Assembly: GCA_964613895.1 (NCBI GenBank)
Contig: CAZTJP010000002.1
Location: 1 to 52,173 of the forward strand
Length of the DNA stretch: 52,173 nt
Direction: 5' to 3'
Source of the DNA: an uncultured Thiotrichales bacterium
Lineage (GTDB): Bacteria; Pseudomonadota; Gammaproteobacteria; UWMA-0217
Part shown: positions 25,873-36,034 of the stretch, piece after piece
Position numbering within the stretch: position 1 is the first letter of the stretch
Layout: every line of letters starts with the position of its first letter
The notes under the pieces: generated by a model
What the model was told of the DNA's origin: nothing
Seen by the model: only the letters and a program-made list of their open reading frames with translations
The model's database searches: none
Position numbers and translations under genes: made by a program

Positions 25873-28066
25873 CGAGTACATAACCAGGGATGCTCTTTTC
25901 CAGTAAGGTGTTGCCGGTTCCAAACGAGGCCAGCCCCTTGAGAACCAGTTGGATATACAGACTGCTATTATATTCCCCCTGGTCGTTGATCACATAGCGG
26001 CGATTCAGCAATCGCGCCTTCCAGCAACAGGAATCATATTCCAGACCCGCCATGATCTCGAGATCATCGTGGGATTCGTGAGAGATCAGCCAACGGCCAA
26101 AGAAGCGCCAGCGCTGATTGATCGGCCACACCGCCGAGAGATTGCTCTGATTGATGTCATCGTCACGATGGAAGCGGTGTTCGAGATTCAGCACCCGCTG
26201 TGCCTTGCCCTGATAATGCAGCCGCACCGTCGCGACCTGCGCCCGCTTGAAGCGGTTGTCGGCAATCAGACTGCCGCGCAGCGTCCAGTGCGAATTGGGC
26301 TGGAAGGACAGCTCGGCCGCCAGATCGGAGCTGTGCGCGGTCTTCGGGGATTCGCCGGGCAGGGTCACCCGCCGATCGCGGAAATAGTAGATCTGGCCAA
26401 GGCTGACCGCAAAGCGTTCACTCGCATCCTTGTCACGCAGTACCCGGCTGGACAATGCCGCGGTGAGCTGACGGGTGTCACCGACCCGGTCGAGTCCGCT
26501 GAAGCGGTTGTCGCGGAACAATGACGAAAAGATGAATGCCGGTTCGTCCGAGTCGAGCACCGGAATGTCCGTCTGGTCGCGAAACGGGATATCGACATAA
26601 TGCAGGCGCGGCTCCAGTGTCTGGACCGCATCGTTCGATGCCGTCCGGCGCTCCAGTACCATCCCGGCATCGATCGAGGTCGTCGGGACTTCGCGGCTGA
26701 GGGTGCGCCGTTTTCGTTCACCGGGCTGATCCAGATCGTAGCGGGTGAAGCGCCAGGTGGCGGTAGGCTTGAACCACATCCCCGGTGTCAGCCAGGCCAG
26801 ATTGAGCGTCGGCGCGATATCGAAGCGGGTGACATCGGTCAGGCTGTCATGCAGAAAACGGGTGAAATCGGTGGCCAGAGACAGGTTGACGTGCTGGTTG
26901 TCCCAGGGCAGATCCGCTTCCACCGTCAATTGCGGCAGACGCCGGTAGGGACGGTCATCGGGCAGGATCGTCGCATCCACCGTCTGGAAGGCCTGGGCGC
27001 GAATCAGACCGTTGACATGCTGAGCGCCATAGATGAAGTCGGCCCGTCGCTCGATATGCGTGGTACTGGTGGTGCTCAGTTCACCGGAGAAATCCGAGAA
27101 ATAGTTACCGTCGGAGACCACACCGCCGTTGAGCTGGATGCGCCAGTGCCGGTCGGGGCGGTAGTTGTGCTTGAGGCGGTAATAATAGCGATCCTGTTTG
27201 CGCACCTGATCGCGGTTGAGATAGTCGAGTTGCAACTCGCCTTCGTAGCGACGGCCAAGATAGCGGAACTCGTCACCCAGCATCACCCCGCGTCGTGACA
27301 TGTAACGAGGCGTCAGCGTCATGTCCATCTGTGGCGCGATGTTCCAGTAGAACGGTTGCGAGAACTCTGTGCCGATCTCCTTGGCGCGGCCGATGGTCGG
27401 GTAGAGCAGGCCCGTGCGGCGGCGGTCGTCGATCGGAAAAGTGGCGGCCGGAAAATAGAGCAGCGGCACGCCCTTGAAGCGCAGCAGGGCATTGGTGGTG
27501 TAGCCGAATCCCAGGGCCTGGTCCAGTTGCAGCTTGCTGGCGGTGAATACCCAGTCACGCTTGCCGGGTGGACAGGTGCTGTAACTGGCGTCTTTCATCG
27601 TCAGCACCTTGTCCTTCTGGTCGATCGAGCGGGCTTCGCCGAAAGCATGTCGGGGAATGAACTTGTACTGAACCTGCTGGTAGTGACTGGTGTGCTGCCC
27701 GGGTTCGATGACCGCCGAATCGGCCTGCAGGATGAAATCGCGCGTACTGGCCTCGATCTTGCCGGCAGCCTCGATCTTCTGTGGCTGCTGATAGACCTTG
27801 ACATGATCGGCGCTCAGGCGGCGGCCATCCTGACGCAGCCTGACGCCACCTTCGAACAGCAGCGCCCGATCGCCGGAGGTTTCCAGTTTGGCCGCATCCA
27901 CCTGGATCACACCCGTGGCGGGATCGTCCTTTGCAGGCAATGACTGCTGCGGTATGGGCTGGCAATAGTGCCAGCGGGCCTCATCGGTGGGCGCCGACAC
28001 CGAACTGGCGCTCCACAGCAACAGGCTGGCAAGGAAAAGCGTTGAATGAAACCGGGGTTGGGTCAC
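25862..28066 (-). CDS. lptD: LPS-assembly outer-membrane protein LptD
   Basis: 734 aa with a signal peptide, an OstA-like N-terminal domain and a large beta-barrel. Lies upstream of surA. GTG start. Confidence 0.9.
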   Translation of the reverse strand: MTQPRFHSTLFLASLLLWSASSVSAPTDEARWHYCQPIPQQSLPAKDDPATGVIQVDAAKLETSGDRALLFEGGVRLRQDGRRLSADHVKVYQQPQKIEAAGKIEASTRDFILQADSAVIEPGQHTSHYQQVQYKFIPRHAFGEARSIDQKDKVLTMKDASYSTCPPGKRDWVFTASKLQLDQALGFGYTTNALLRFKGVPLLYFPAATFPIDDRRRTGLLYPTIGRAKEIGTEFSQPFYWNIAPQMDMTLTPRYMSRRGVMLGDEFRYLGRRYEGELQLDYLNRDQVRKQDRYYYRLKHNYRPDRHWRIQLNGGVVSDGNYFSDFSGELSTTSTTHIERRADFIYGAQHVNGLIRAQAFQTVDATILPDDRPYRRLPQLTVEADLPWDNQHVNLSLATDFTRFLHDSLTDVTRFDIAPTLNLAWLTPGMWFKPTATWRFTRYDLDQPGERKRRTLSREVPTTSIDAGMVLERRTASNDAVQTLEPRLHYVDIPFRDQTDIPVLDSDEPAFIFSSLFRDNRFSGLDRVGDTRQLTAALSSRVLRDKDASERFAVSLGQIYYFRDRRVTLPGESPKTAHSSDLAAELSFQPNSHWTLRGSLIADNRFKRAQVATVRLHYQGKAQRVLNLEHRFHRDDDINQSNLSAVWPINQRWRFFGRWLISHESHDDLEIMAGLEYDSCCWKARLLNRRYVINDQGEYNSSLYIQLVLKGLASFGTGNTLLEKSIPGYVLDDN

Positions 28067-28161
28067 GCAGTCGGGATCGTTAAAAGAGCGCGGATAGGAT
28101 AATCTACGGCCCCGAAAATACCAATCGGTTTTCCGTCCGCGAGGATTTCGAAAAAAAGACC

Positions 28162-30030
28162 ATGGCGCGTATTCCCGTTATCAAGGATATCCACGTCGAG
28201 CGCGCGATGTTCAGCTCGCGATTGCTGTTCCTGGTGCTGCTCGTGGGCGTGTCGACCGCTATCCTGCTGACCCGGATCTACAAACTCCAGGTGCTGGATT
28301 ACAACCACTACAGTACGCTGGCCAAGGAGAATCGCATCCGCATCCGGCCGGTCGCACCGGCGCGTGGCATCATCTACGACCGTAATGGCAAGGTACTGGC
28401 GGACAATCACACCGCCTTCAACCTGGAGATCACGCCCTACCGGACCAGGGATCTCGGCAACACCCTGTTGCGGTTGCGCAAGCTGCTCGGGGTCAGCGAG
28501 GATCAGATCCAGCGCTTCCAGAAGCTGCGCCGCACCACACCGCCGTTCAGGCCGGTGCCGCTGCTGTACAACCTCAGCGATGAGCAAGTGGCACGGTTCT
28601 CGATGGAACGGGCGGAGTTCCCCGGGGTGGAGATCAAGACCCGGCTGCGGCGTTATTACCCCCAGGGCGAGCGTATGGCGCATGTGCTCGGCTATGTTGG
28701 CCGCATCAACGACCGGGATCTGAAAACCCTCGACAGCCGTGCGTATCGAGGCGCCACCCATATCGGCAAAAGCGGGATCGAAAAGTTTTACGAGGCCAGC
28801 CTGCACGGCGCTCCCGGCACCCGTCAGGAAGAGATCAACTCCAGGGGACGTTATATCCGCACCCTCAGTGAAAGGCCGCCGGTCCGCGGTGAGGGTCTGT
28901 TGCTGACGCTCGATACCCGCTTGCAGCAGGTGGCCTATGAAGCGTTGGCGAAATACAAGAGTGGCGCCATCGTGGCCATGGATCCCCGCAATGGCGAAGT
29001 GCTGGCGGCAGTCAGCCTGCCTGCCTTCGACCCGAACCTGTTCGTCAACGGTATTTCCGGCCGGGATTATGGACGCTTGCGCGATGATCCCGACCGGCCG
29101 CTGTTCAACCGGCTGACCTCGGGGCAGTATCCGCCGGGTTCGACCATCAAACCGTTGACCGCGCTGGCGGGTCTGGCGGCGGGGGTCGTCACCGCCGACC
29201 AGCGGATGTTCGCCGGCCCGTACTACACCCTGCCGAATTCACCTCGCAAGTATCGCGACTGGAAACGCGGCGGACATGGCTGGGTGGACTTGGACAAGGC
29301 CATCACCCAGTCCTGCGATGTCTATTTCTACGATCTTTCCTATCGGCTTGGCATCGATCGCTTGCATGCCATGTTTGCGCAGTTCGGATTGGGCCGGCCG
29401 ACCGGCATCGACCTGGTGGGCGAGAAAAAAGGCCTCAATCCCTCCCGGCAATGGAAGCGCAAGACGCGTCATCAGGACTGGTTTCCGGGCGAGACGGTCA
29501 TCGTCGGTATCGGTCAGGGCTATCTGCTGGCGACACCACTGCAACTGGCGGAAATGACCGCCTGCCTGGCCGAACGGGGTCGTTGCGTGACCCCGACCCT
29601 GCTCAAGTCACGGTTCGCCCGGGATGAGCGCCTCACGACCGCGCAAGCGCAGCGCGTTCACCAGATCGAAGGGGTCAGTGCCGAGCAATGGCACACGGTG
29701 ATCGCATCGATGCGGCATGTCATCGAAGCACCCAACGGTACCGGCCGGCGGGCCTTCAAGGGAGTGCGTTATTCGGCAGCGGGCAAGACCGGTACGGCCC
29801 AGGTGTTCGGGCTCGACGAGGGTGAGGATTATGATGCTGACGAACTCAGCCGGCGATTGCGTGACCATTCCCTGTTCATCGGTTTCGCGCCGGTCGAATC
29901 ACCACGCATCGCAGTCGCAGTGGTGGTCGAGCATGGCGGTCATGGCAGTCGTGCAGCGGCGCCGGTGGCACGCCAGGTCATGGATGCCTGGCTGCATGAC
30001 GGTGCCGGAGCCAACAAGGAGGTGCCGTGA
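28162..30030 (+). CDS. mrdA: Penicillin-binding protein 2 (elongasome transpeptidase)
   Basis: 622 aa. N-terminal TM, active-site motifs STIKP, SCD and KTGTAQ. Followed by rodA. Confidence 0.95.
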   Translation: MARIPVIKDIHVERAMFSSRLLFLVLLVGVSTAILLTRIYKLQVLDYNHYSTLAKENRIRIRPVAPARGIIYDRNGKVLADNHTAFNLEITPYRTRDLGNTLLRLRKLLGVSEDQIQRFQKLRRTTPPFRPVPLLYNLSDEQVARFSMERAEFPGVEIKTRLRRYYPQGERMAHVLGYVGRINDRDLKTLDSRAYRGATHIGKSGIEKFYEASLHGAPGTRQEEINSRGRYIRTLSERPPVRGEGLLLTLDTRLQQVAYEALAKYKSGAIVAMDPRNGEVLAAVSLPAFDPNLFVNGISGRDYGRLRDDPDRPLFNRLTSGQYPPGSTIKPLTALAGLAAGVVTADQRMFAGPYYTLPNSPRKYRDWKRGGHGWVDLDKAITQSCDVYFYDLSYRLGIDRLHAMFAQFGLGRPTGIDLVGEKKGLNPSRQWKRKTRHQDWFPGETVIVGIGQGYLLATPLQLAEMTACLAERGRCVTPTLLKSRFARDERLTTAQAQRVHQIEGVSAEQWHTVIASMRHVIEAPNGTGRRAFKGVRYSAAGKTGTAQVFGLDEGEDYDADELSRRLRDHSLFIGFAPVESPRIAVAVVVEHGGHGSRAAAPVARQVMDAWLHDGAGANKEVP

Positions 30031-31151
30031 TCGAAACCGTTAGCCAACCTGTCGCCAGGCCGGTACGACAATTTCTCCAGCGCCTTCACATCGATCCGCT
30101 GCTGTTGGTGCTGTTGCTGGCTTTGACTGGTGTCGGTCTGCTGGTGCTGTATAGCGCTTCCGGCCAGAGTGAAGTCCGTATGACGCGGCAATTACTGCGT
30201 TTCGGCGTGGCTTATCTGGTGTTGATCGGCTTTGCCCAGCTACGAATCAATACCTTGTTCACCTGGTCGCCGATCATCTATCTGGCCGGCGTCGGGTTCC
30301 TGTTGCTGGTGCTGTTGCTGGGCAGCGAAGGCAAGGGCGCGCAGCGATGGCTGGATCTCGGTCTATTGCGTTTCCAGCCATCGGAATTGATGAAGCTGGC
30401 GGTGCCGATGATGGTGGCTTTTCATTTTTCCGAACGCCGTCTGCCACCCAACAGCCGCGAAGTACTGACCGGCCTGGCACTGGTACTGGTGCCCACGATG
30501 CTGGTCTATCTGCAACCGGATCTGGGTACAGCGGTGCTGATCGCCTTTTCCGGGCTGGTGGTGGTCTTCACCGCTGGCATTCGCTGGCGCACGCTGTCCA
30601 TCGCCGGCCTGCTGGCGGCTGGCGCGGCGCCACTGCTGTGGCACTTCATGCACGATTATCAGAAAAAACGCGTGATGGTCTTCCTCAAGCCGGAAACCGA
30701 TCCGTTGGGCGCGGGTTACCACATTATTCAGTCGAAGATCGCGCTCGGCTCGGGCGGTTGGCATGGCAAGGGCTGGCTGGAAGGTTCACAGGCGCAACTG
30801 GCATTCCTGCCGGAGCAATCGACCGATTTCATCTTCTCGGTGTTTGGCGAGGAGTTCGGCCTCGTCGGTGTGCTGTCGCTGTTTCTGCTCTACCTGTTGA
30901 TCGTCATGCGCGGGTTGTACATTGCCTGGCGGGCGCCGGATACCTATTCCCGGCTGCTCGCCACCAGTCTCAGCATGACGTTTTTCATCTATTTCTTCGT
31001 CAATGTGGGCATGGTGTCCGGCTTGTTGCCCGTGGTGGGTGTGCCACTGCCACTGGTGAGTTATGGGGGCACGTCGATGGTGACCTTGATGGCCGGCTTC
31101 GGTATGCTGATGGGTATTCATAATCAACACAGACTCCTCGGTCACGAATGA
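30027..31151 (+). CDS. mrdB: Peptidoglycan glycosyltransferase RodA (SEDS)
   Basis: 374 aa, polytopic. RWLDLG..FQPSELMK and SDFIFSVFGEEFG motifs. 4-nt overlap with mrdA. Confidence 0.95.
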   Translation: MIETVSQPVARPVRQFLQRLHIDPLLLVLLLALTGVGLLVLYSASGQSEVRMTRQLLRFGVAYLVLIGFAQLRINTLFTWSPIIYLAGVGFLLLVLLLGSEGKGAQRWLDLGLLRFQPSELMKLAVPMMVAFHFSERRLPPNSREVLTGLALVLVPTMLVYLQPDLGTAVLIAFSGLVVVFTAGIRWRTLSIAGLLAAGAAPLLWHFMHDYQKKRVMVFLKPETDPLGAGYHIIQSKIALGSGGWHGKGWLEGSQAQLAFLPEQSTDFIFSVFGEEFGLVGVLSLFLLYLLIVMRGLYIAWRAPDTYSRLLATSLSMTFFIYFFVNVGMVSGLLPVVGVPLPLVSYGGTSMVTLMAGFGMLMGIHNQHRLLGHE

Positions 31152-32179
31152 AATCCCTGTATCCGCTACCGAAGGCGTCGCTCAGGCGCTGTCTCGTTGT
31201 GCTGCTGTGGTTCATCAGTGGCGGGGTTCCGGTGCTCGCGAACACCGGTGTGATCGAGCGGGGCGACTATCTGCATCGCCCGGACGTGCAGGCATTCATT
31301 CAGTCCGTGAGCCAACAGCACGCCATCCCGGTGGAGAAGTTGCGCCGCATCCTCGCTCAGGCACGCCGCCAGCAGGCCATCCTCGATGCCATATCACGGC
31401 CGGCGGAGGGCAAGCCGTGGTCACAATATCGGCCTATTTTCGTCAATCCGGAGCGGATCGAAAAAGGCGTCGCATTCTGGAATGCCCATGCCAATGAACT
31501 GGCGCGTGCCGAGCAGGTCTATGGTGTACCCGCCGAGATCGTGGTGGGTATCATCGGTGTGGAAACCTTCTATGGCACGCGCATGGGCCGTTACCCGGTT
31601 CTCGATGCGCTGGTGACGCTCGGTTTCGACTATCCGCCCCGTGGTGCATTCTTCCGCTCGCAACTGGAGCAACTGATCCTGCTGGCGGATGAGGAAAAAC
31701 TCAATCCGGTCGGTCTGCTCGGTTCCTACGCCGGCGCCATGGGAATGGGGCAGTTCATTCCCAGCAGTTACCGGAAGTTTGCGGTGGACTTCGATGGTGA
31801 TGGCAAGCGTGATCTGTTTCATTCGGCAGCGGATGCAATTGGCAGTGTGGCGAACTATTTCAAGGTGCACGGCTGGCGCAATGGCCAGTGGATCATCAGT
31901 CCGGCACGGGTTGTCGGGCACGGCTTCGAGCAACTGGAGGCCAATGATCGGCGGCCGCGCTATAGTCCCCGCGAGCTGACGATGGCGGGCATTTTCTCCA
32001 GCGGGCCGGTTGCACCGGATGAAAGTTTGCTCTATCTCCGGCTGAATGGTGAAAAAGGGCTCGAACATTGGGTGGGACACCATAACTTTTTCGTCATTAC
32101 CGAGTACAATCACAGCGTCAAATATGCGCTGGCGGTGTTCCAGCTGGCGCAGGCGATCAAAGACAGGAGAAAGCATTAG
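31148..32179 (+). CDS. mltB: Lytic murein transglycosylase B
   Basis: 343 aa. GIIGVETFYG catalytic-Glu motif, GAMGMGQFIPSSY, and DFDGDGKRDL. Confidence 0.9.
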   Translation: MKSLYPLPKASLRRCLVVLLWFISGGVPVLANTGVIERGDYLHRPDVQAFIQSVSQQHAIPVEKLRRILAQARRQQAILDAISRPAEGKPWSQYRPIFVNPERIEKGVAFWNAHANELARAEQVYGVPAEIVVGIIGVETFYGTRMGRYPVLDALVTLGFDYPPRGAFFRSQLEQLILLADEEKLNPVGLLGSYAGAMGMGQFIPSSYRKFAVDFDGDGKRDLFHSAADAIGSVANYFKVHGWRNGQWIISPARVVGHGFEQLEANDRRPRYSPRELTMAGIFSSGPVAPDESLLYLRLNGEKGLEHWVGHHNFFVITEYNHSVKYALAVFQLAQAIKDRRKH

Positions 32180-33108
32180 TGCGCCTTCGATCTCATCATG
32201 GCGATTCAGCGGCAATCATGCCCCGGCGGTTCGGCTGGCTGCTGGTCTGGCTGGCGGTTCTGTTGTCGGCCTGTTCTCATATGCCGCGCGAACCGGAGGG
32301 CAAGGAAGCCATCGATATCAATCTGATTCCGGAACCCAAACCCCGCTTCGAACCGCGTAGCAAATACGGTAATCCCGAATCCTATGTCCAGAACGGCAAG
32401 CGCTATTGGGTGATCCCCAATCCGAAAGGCTTCGTCGAACGCGGCAAGGCATCCTGGTATGGCGCCGAGTTCGATGGCAAGCGCACCTCCAGCGGCGAGA
32501 CCTATAACATGTATGACATGACCGCGGCGCATCGTACTCTGCCTTTGCCCACCTATATCCAGGTCACCAATCTGCGCAACAACAAAAAGGTCATCGTCCG
32601 CGTCAACGACCGCGGGCCGTTCGCCAAGGATCGGATCCTCGATCTTTCCTATGCCGCCGCCCGCAAACTGGGCATGGTGGGGGAGGGCACCACCCCGGTC
32701 GAGATCCGGGTACTCGACCCGGCCGACTATGCGCCGAAATCCACGCCGAAGACAACTGTCGCCAAGCCCCGGCCGGTGCCGCTGACGACACCGGCGCCGG
32801 TCAGCGAACACCCTCCCGGGCAGGCGGTCGGCAGCAAAGCACAAGCCGTTGCAGAAACGCCGGCAGCAGCGACGCCGGGTATCTATGTCCAGGTCGGCGC
32901 CTATGCCCGCAAGGAGAGTGCCGATGCGGTCATGCAAGATGTGCAGGAGGCGCTGCAGTCACCCGCGCTGATCGTGCCGATCGAGAGTGCCATTGGCATT
33001 CTCTATCGCGTACGTGTCGGGCCATTTTCGTCGGAGAAGGCTGCGCGCAAGGTGTTTCCGGGGCTGCGTGACCGGGGCTATTTCCAGTACCGCATCGTGC
33101 GCCAGTAA
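32179..33108 (+). CDS. rlpA: Septal-ring lytic transglycosylase RlpA (DPBB plus SPOR domains)
   Basis: AGGAGA RBS 8 nt before GTG 32179. Lipobox LLSAC. DPBB motifs ASWYG, TASGE, AAHRTLPLPT, VRVNDRGPF. C-terminal SPOR domain (YVQVGAY...YRVRVGPF). Confidence 0.9.
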   Translation: MRLRSHHGDSAAIMPRRFGWLLVWLAVLLSACSHMPREPEGKEAIDINLIPEPKPRFEPRSKYGNPESYVQNGKRYWVIPNPKGFVERGKASWYGAEFDGKRTSSGETYNMYDMTAAHRTLPLPTYIQVTNLRNNKKVIVRVNDRGPFAKDRILDLSYAAARKLGMVGEGTTPVEIRVLDPADYAPKSTPKTTVAKPRPVPLTTPAPVSEHPPGQAVGSKAQAVAETPAAATPGIYVQVGAYARKESADAVMQDVQEALQSPALIVPIESAIGILYRVRVGPFSSEKAARKVFPGLRDRGYFQYRIVRQ

Positions 33109-33161
33109 CCGCGTTGTTATTCCGAATCCTTTCAACCTGAAATCAGGGACGTATCGAACCG

Positions 33162-34292
33162 ATGATCCGCATTGCTTTCTTTCTCTGTACATTGATGCTC
33201 GCCATCCCGAGCTGGGCCGGCCAGCCGGTGCCCACGCCACCGGAATTGAGCGCCCGGGCGTATCTGCTCGGCGACTATGACAGTGGTGAATTGCTGGCCC
33301 AAAAAGCCATCCACGAACGCATGGAACCCGCCAGCATCACCAAGATGATGGCCTCCTACATCGTCTATCAGGCGTTGCGAGACAAGCAGATCAGTTTGAC
33401 GGATCGGGTCACGGTCAGCAAGAAGGCCTGGAAGATGGAAGGCTCACGCATGTTCATCGAAGTGGGCAGCAAGGTTTCGGTCCAGGATCTGCTCAAGGGT
33501 ATGATCGTCCAGTCGGGCAATGATGCGACCGTGGCACTGGCCGAACATGTGGCCGGCACCGAGGATGTGTTCGTCTCGCTGATGAATACCCAGGCCAGGC
33601 GACTGGGGATGAAGGATACCCATTTCGCCAATGCCACCGGCATGCCGAATCCCGAGCATTACACTACGGCGGCCGATCTGTTCATTTTGGCGCGGGCACT
33701 GATTCGGGATTTTCCTGAAGACTACAAGCTGTATGCGGTGAAGAATTTCGAATACAATAAAATCAAACAATCCAACCGCAACCGTCTGCTGTGGACCGAC
33801 AAGTACGTCGATGGCATCAAGACTGGCCATACCCAGTCGGCCGGCTACTGTCTGGTTACTTCCGGGAAAAAGGGTGGCATGCGACTGATTTCGGTCGTGC
33901 TGGGAACGGACAGCGATCAGGCGCGAACGGAACAGAGCCGCAGCCTGCTCAATTACGGATTCCGCTTTTTCGAAACCCGCAAACTCTACGCCGCCGGGGA
34001 GCAGGTGGCCAAGGTCCGTGTCTGGAAAGGGGACAAGACAGAGATCCCGCTGGGCATTGGCGAAGACATCTATCTGACTTTCCCACGCGGGCGTTTCGCT
34101 CAGCTCAAGGTGACGCTCGACCGCCCGCGCAATCTGTTCGCGCCGATCGACAGTGGTCAGAAGATCGGCAAGGTGGTGGTGCGCCTCGACGACAAGGTGT
34201 TGCGCCAGACACCACTGGTGGCGCTGGACCAGGTTGGTGAGGGCGGTCTTTTCCGCCAGGCCATGGACACCCTCCGGCTGATGATGGAATAG
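33162..34292 (+). CDS. dacA: D-alanyl-D-alanine carboxypeptidase (PBP5/6 family, DacA/DacC)
   Basis: 376 aa with a signal peptide and SITKMM (SxxK), SGND (SxN) and KTGHT (KTG) motifs. Confidence 0.9.
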   Translation: MIRIAFFLCTLMLAIPSWAGQPVPTPPELSARAYLLGDYDSGELLAQKAIHERMEPASITKMMASYIVYQALRDKQISLTDRVTVSKKAWKMEGSRMFIEVGSKVSVQDLLKGMIVQSGNDATVALAEHVAGTEDVFVSLMNTQARRLGMKDTHFANATGMPNPEHYTTAADLFILARALIRDFPEDYKLYAVKNFEYNKIKQSNRNRLLWTDKYVDGIKTGHTQSAGYCLVTSGKKGGMRLISVVLGTDSDQARTEQSRSLLNYGFRFFETRKLYAAGEQVAKVRVWKGDKTEIPLGIGEDIYLTFPRGRFAQLKVTLDRPRNLFAPIDSGQKIGKVVVRLDDKVLRQTPLVALDQVGEGGLFRQAMDTLRLMME

Positions 34293-34303
34293 CAGCAACA
34301 TTC

Positions 34304-34573
34304 ATGAGCGAAGAATCCGACACGCTGTTCGAGTTTCCTTGTGAGTTTCCCATCAAGGTAATGGGCGCGGACGAGGATGCGCTGGCGGTGGTGTTGCGCC
34401 GCGCACTGAAGACCCATGCGCCGGATTCTGCCGACAACGAGTTCATACTGCGCGCCAGCAGCAAGGGCCGCTATGTGTCGCTGACGGTCACCATCACCGC
34501 TACCAGCAAACCCCAGCTCGATGCCATCTATCAGATGCTGACCGATGCCGAGGAGGTGCTGGTCGCGTTGTGA
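34304..34573 (+). CDS. ybeD: YbeD-family protein (DUF493)
   Basis: 89 aa. [11 protein letters not shown] motif and the conserved dac-ybeD-lipB position. Confidence 0.85.
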   Translation: MSEESDTLFEFPCEFPIKVMGADEDALAVVLRRALKTHAPDSADNEFILRASSKGRYVSLTVTITATSKPQLDAIYQMLTDAEEVLVAL

Positions 34574-35208
34574 GCAGGCTGGCGGCGCCAGAGATCGTTC
34601 GTTTGGGCGTGCGGGACTACGAATCCGTCTGGCGCGATATGCAGGCGTATACCGATCAGCGTGACAGCGACACGCCGGATCAGCTCTGGCTGGTGGAACA
34701 TCCCGCGGTTTTCACACTGGGTCAGAATGGCCGTCTGGCGCATGTACGCGATCCGGGCGATATTCCGGTGGTCCATGTCGATCGTGGCGGGCAAGTCACC
34801 TACCACGGACCGGGCCAGGTGGTGATGTATGTACTGCTCGATCTCCGACGCTGGCGGCTCGGGGTGCGCCAGTTGGTGACCCTGCTGGAGCGAGCGGTGA
34901 TCGGCCTGGCAGCGCAGTTCGGGCTGCAGGCCGCCAGCCGCCCCGATGCGCCGGGCGTCTATCTGGGCGACGCCAAGTTGGCTTCGCTGGGTCTGCGTAT
35001 CCGCCGGGGATGCAGTTATCACGGCGTAGCGCTCAATGTCGATGGCGATCTGACACCGTTTTTCCGTATCGATCCCTGCGGCTTTCCCGGCCTTCAGGTG
35101 ACGCGGCTCGCCGATCATGCCGTCTTGCCGGAGCGGCAAGCCATTGCCACCCGCCTGGCGAACCAGTTCACGCTCGCTTTGCAGCGTCATGACCAAATCC
35201 ACCGTTAG
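34570..35208 (+). CDS. lipB: Octanoyltransferase LipB
   Basis: 212 aa. [25 protein letters not shown], and [17 protein letters not shown]. Confidence 0.95.
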   Translation: MSRLAAPEIVRLGVRDYESVWRDMQAYTDQRDSDTPDQLWLVEHPAVFTLGQNGRLAHVRDPGDIPVVHVDRGGQVTYHGPGQVVMYVLLDLRRWRLGVRQLVTLLERAVIGLAAQFGLQAASRPDAPGVYLGDAKLASLGLRIRRGCSYHGVALNVDGDLTPFFRIDPCGFPGLQVTRLADHAVLPERQAIATRLANQFTLALQRHDQIHR

Positions 35209-35377
35209 ATTCCGGCCCTGAACCATTCATCCGGCGGCAAAAGTTTGCCGCTTCCCCTGCTGCCGGCAAGGCGGCAAACTCTTGCCATCTCGAACGGCAA
35301 CGTTCACCGGAATCGCAGACCGTCCGACTCGTCGGCACGTGAGCACTCGAACAACAATAACAATAAAGGGTCTATTC

Positions 35378-36034
35378 ATGAATTCTGCAAAAACGCTGGT
35401 TTCCACTGCCTCCGCCGCTGTCGTCCTTCTGTTTCTCTCCGGCTGTCAGCAGCCCGATGTCGCCAGTCTGGTGGAGCAGGCGCAATCGGGCCGGGGCGTG
35501 GATCTCAACGGTCAGAACTATCAACAGTATCTCGACCAGGTCGGCAACCAGGGTGATGCCGCCTCGGGCGCTGGTCAGACCGACAGCCACGATACCGGCG
35601 CTGGCTGCGCGATCACCGAGGCACAACAAAAGATGCTGGACGAGATCAACAAGGCCAGAGCGGCCGGTCAGGACTGTGGCGACGAGGTGTTCCCACCCGC
35701 GCCGCCGTTGACCTGGAACTGCAAGCTCGAACAGGCCGCCTGGGCCCATACCGACGATATGGTGCGCAACAATTTCTTCAGCCACACCGGCTCCGACGGT
35801 CTCGATGCCGGCAACCGGCTGGATGCGGCGGGATACAACTGGAAGGTGTACGGTGAAAATCTCGCGGCAGGCTTTCTCACCGAGGAGGAAACCATCAAGG
35901 GTCTGCTGAAAAGCCCGGGCCATTGCCACAACATCATGAATCCCAAGTTCCGCGAATTCGGCTCGGCACGGGTTTTCACCGAAGGCAACGATTTCATTTC
36001 CTACTGGACTCACGAATTCGGAACGGCGTTCTGA
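35378..36034 (+). CDS. CAP/SCP (YkwD-like) domain lipoprotein
   Basis: Start at internal ATG 35378. Lipobox FLSGC. CAP motifs NFFSHTGSDG, GENLAAG, GHCHNIMNP, and YWTHEFG. Confidence 0.75.
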   Translation: MNSAKTLVSTASAAVVLLFLSGCQQPDVASLVEQAQSGRGVDLNGQNYQQYLDQVGNQGDAASGAGQTDSHDTGAGCAITEAQQKMLDEINKARAAGQDCGDEVFPPAPPLTWNCKLEQAAWAHTDDMVRNNFFSHTGSDGLDAGNRLDAAGYNWKVYGENLAAGFLTEEETIKGLLKSPGHCHNIMNPKFREFGSARVFTEGNDFISYWTHEFGTAF

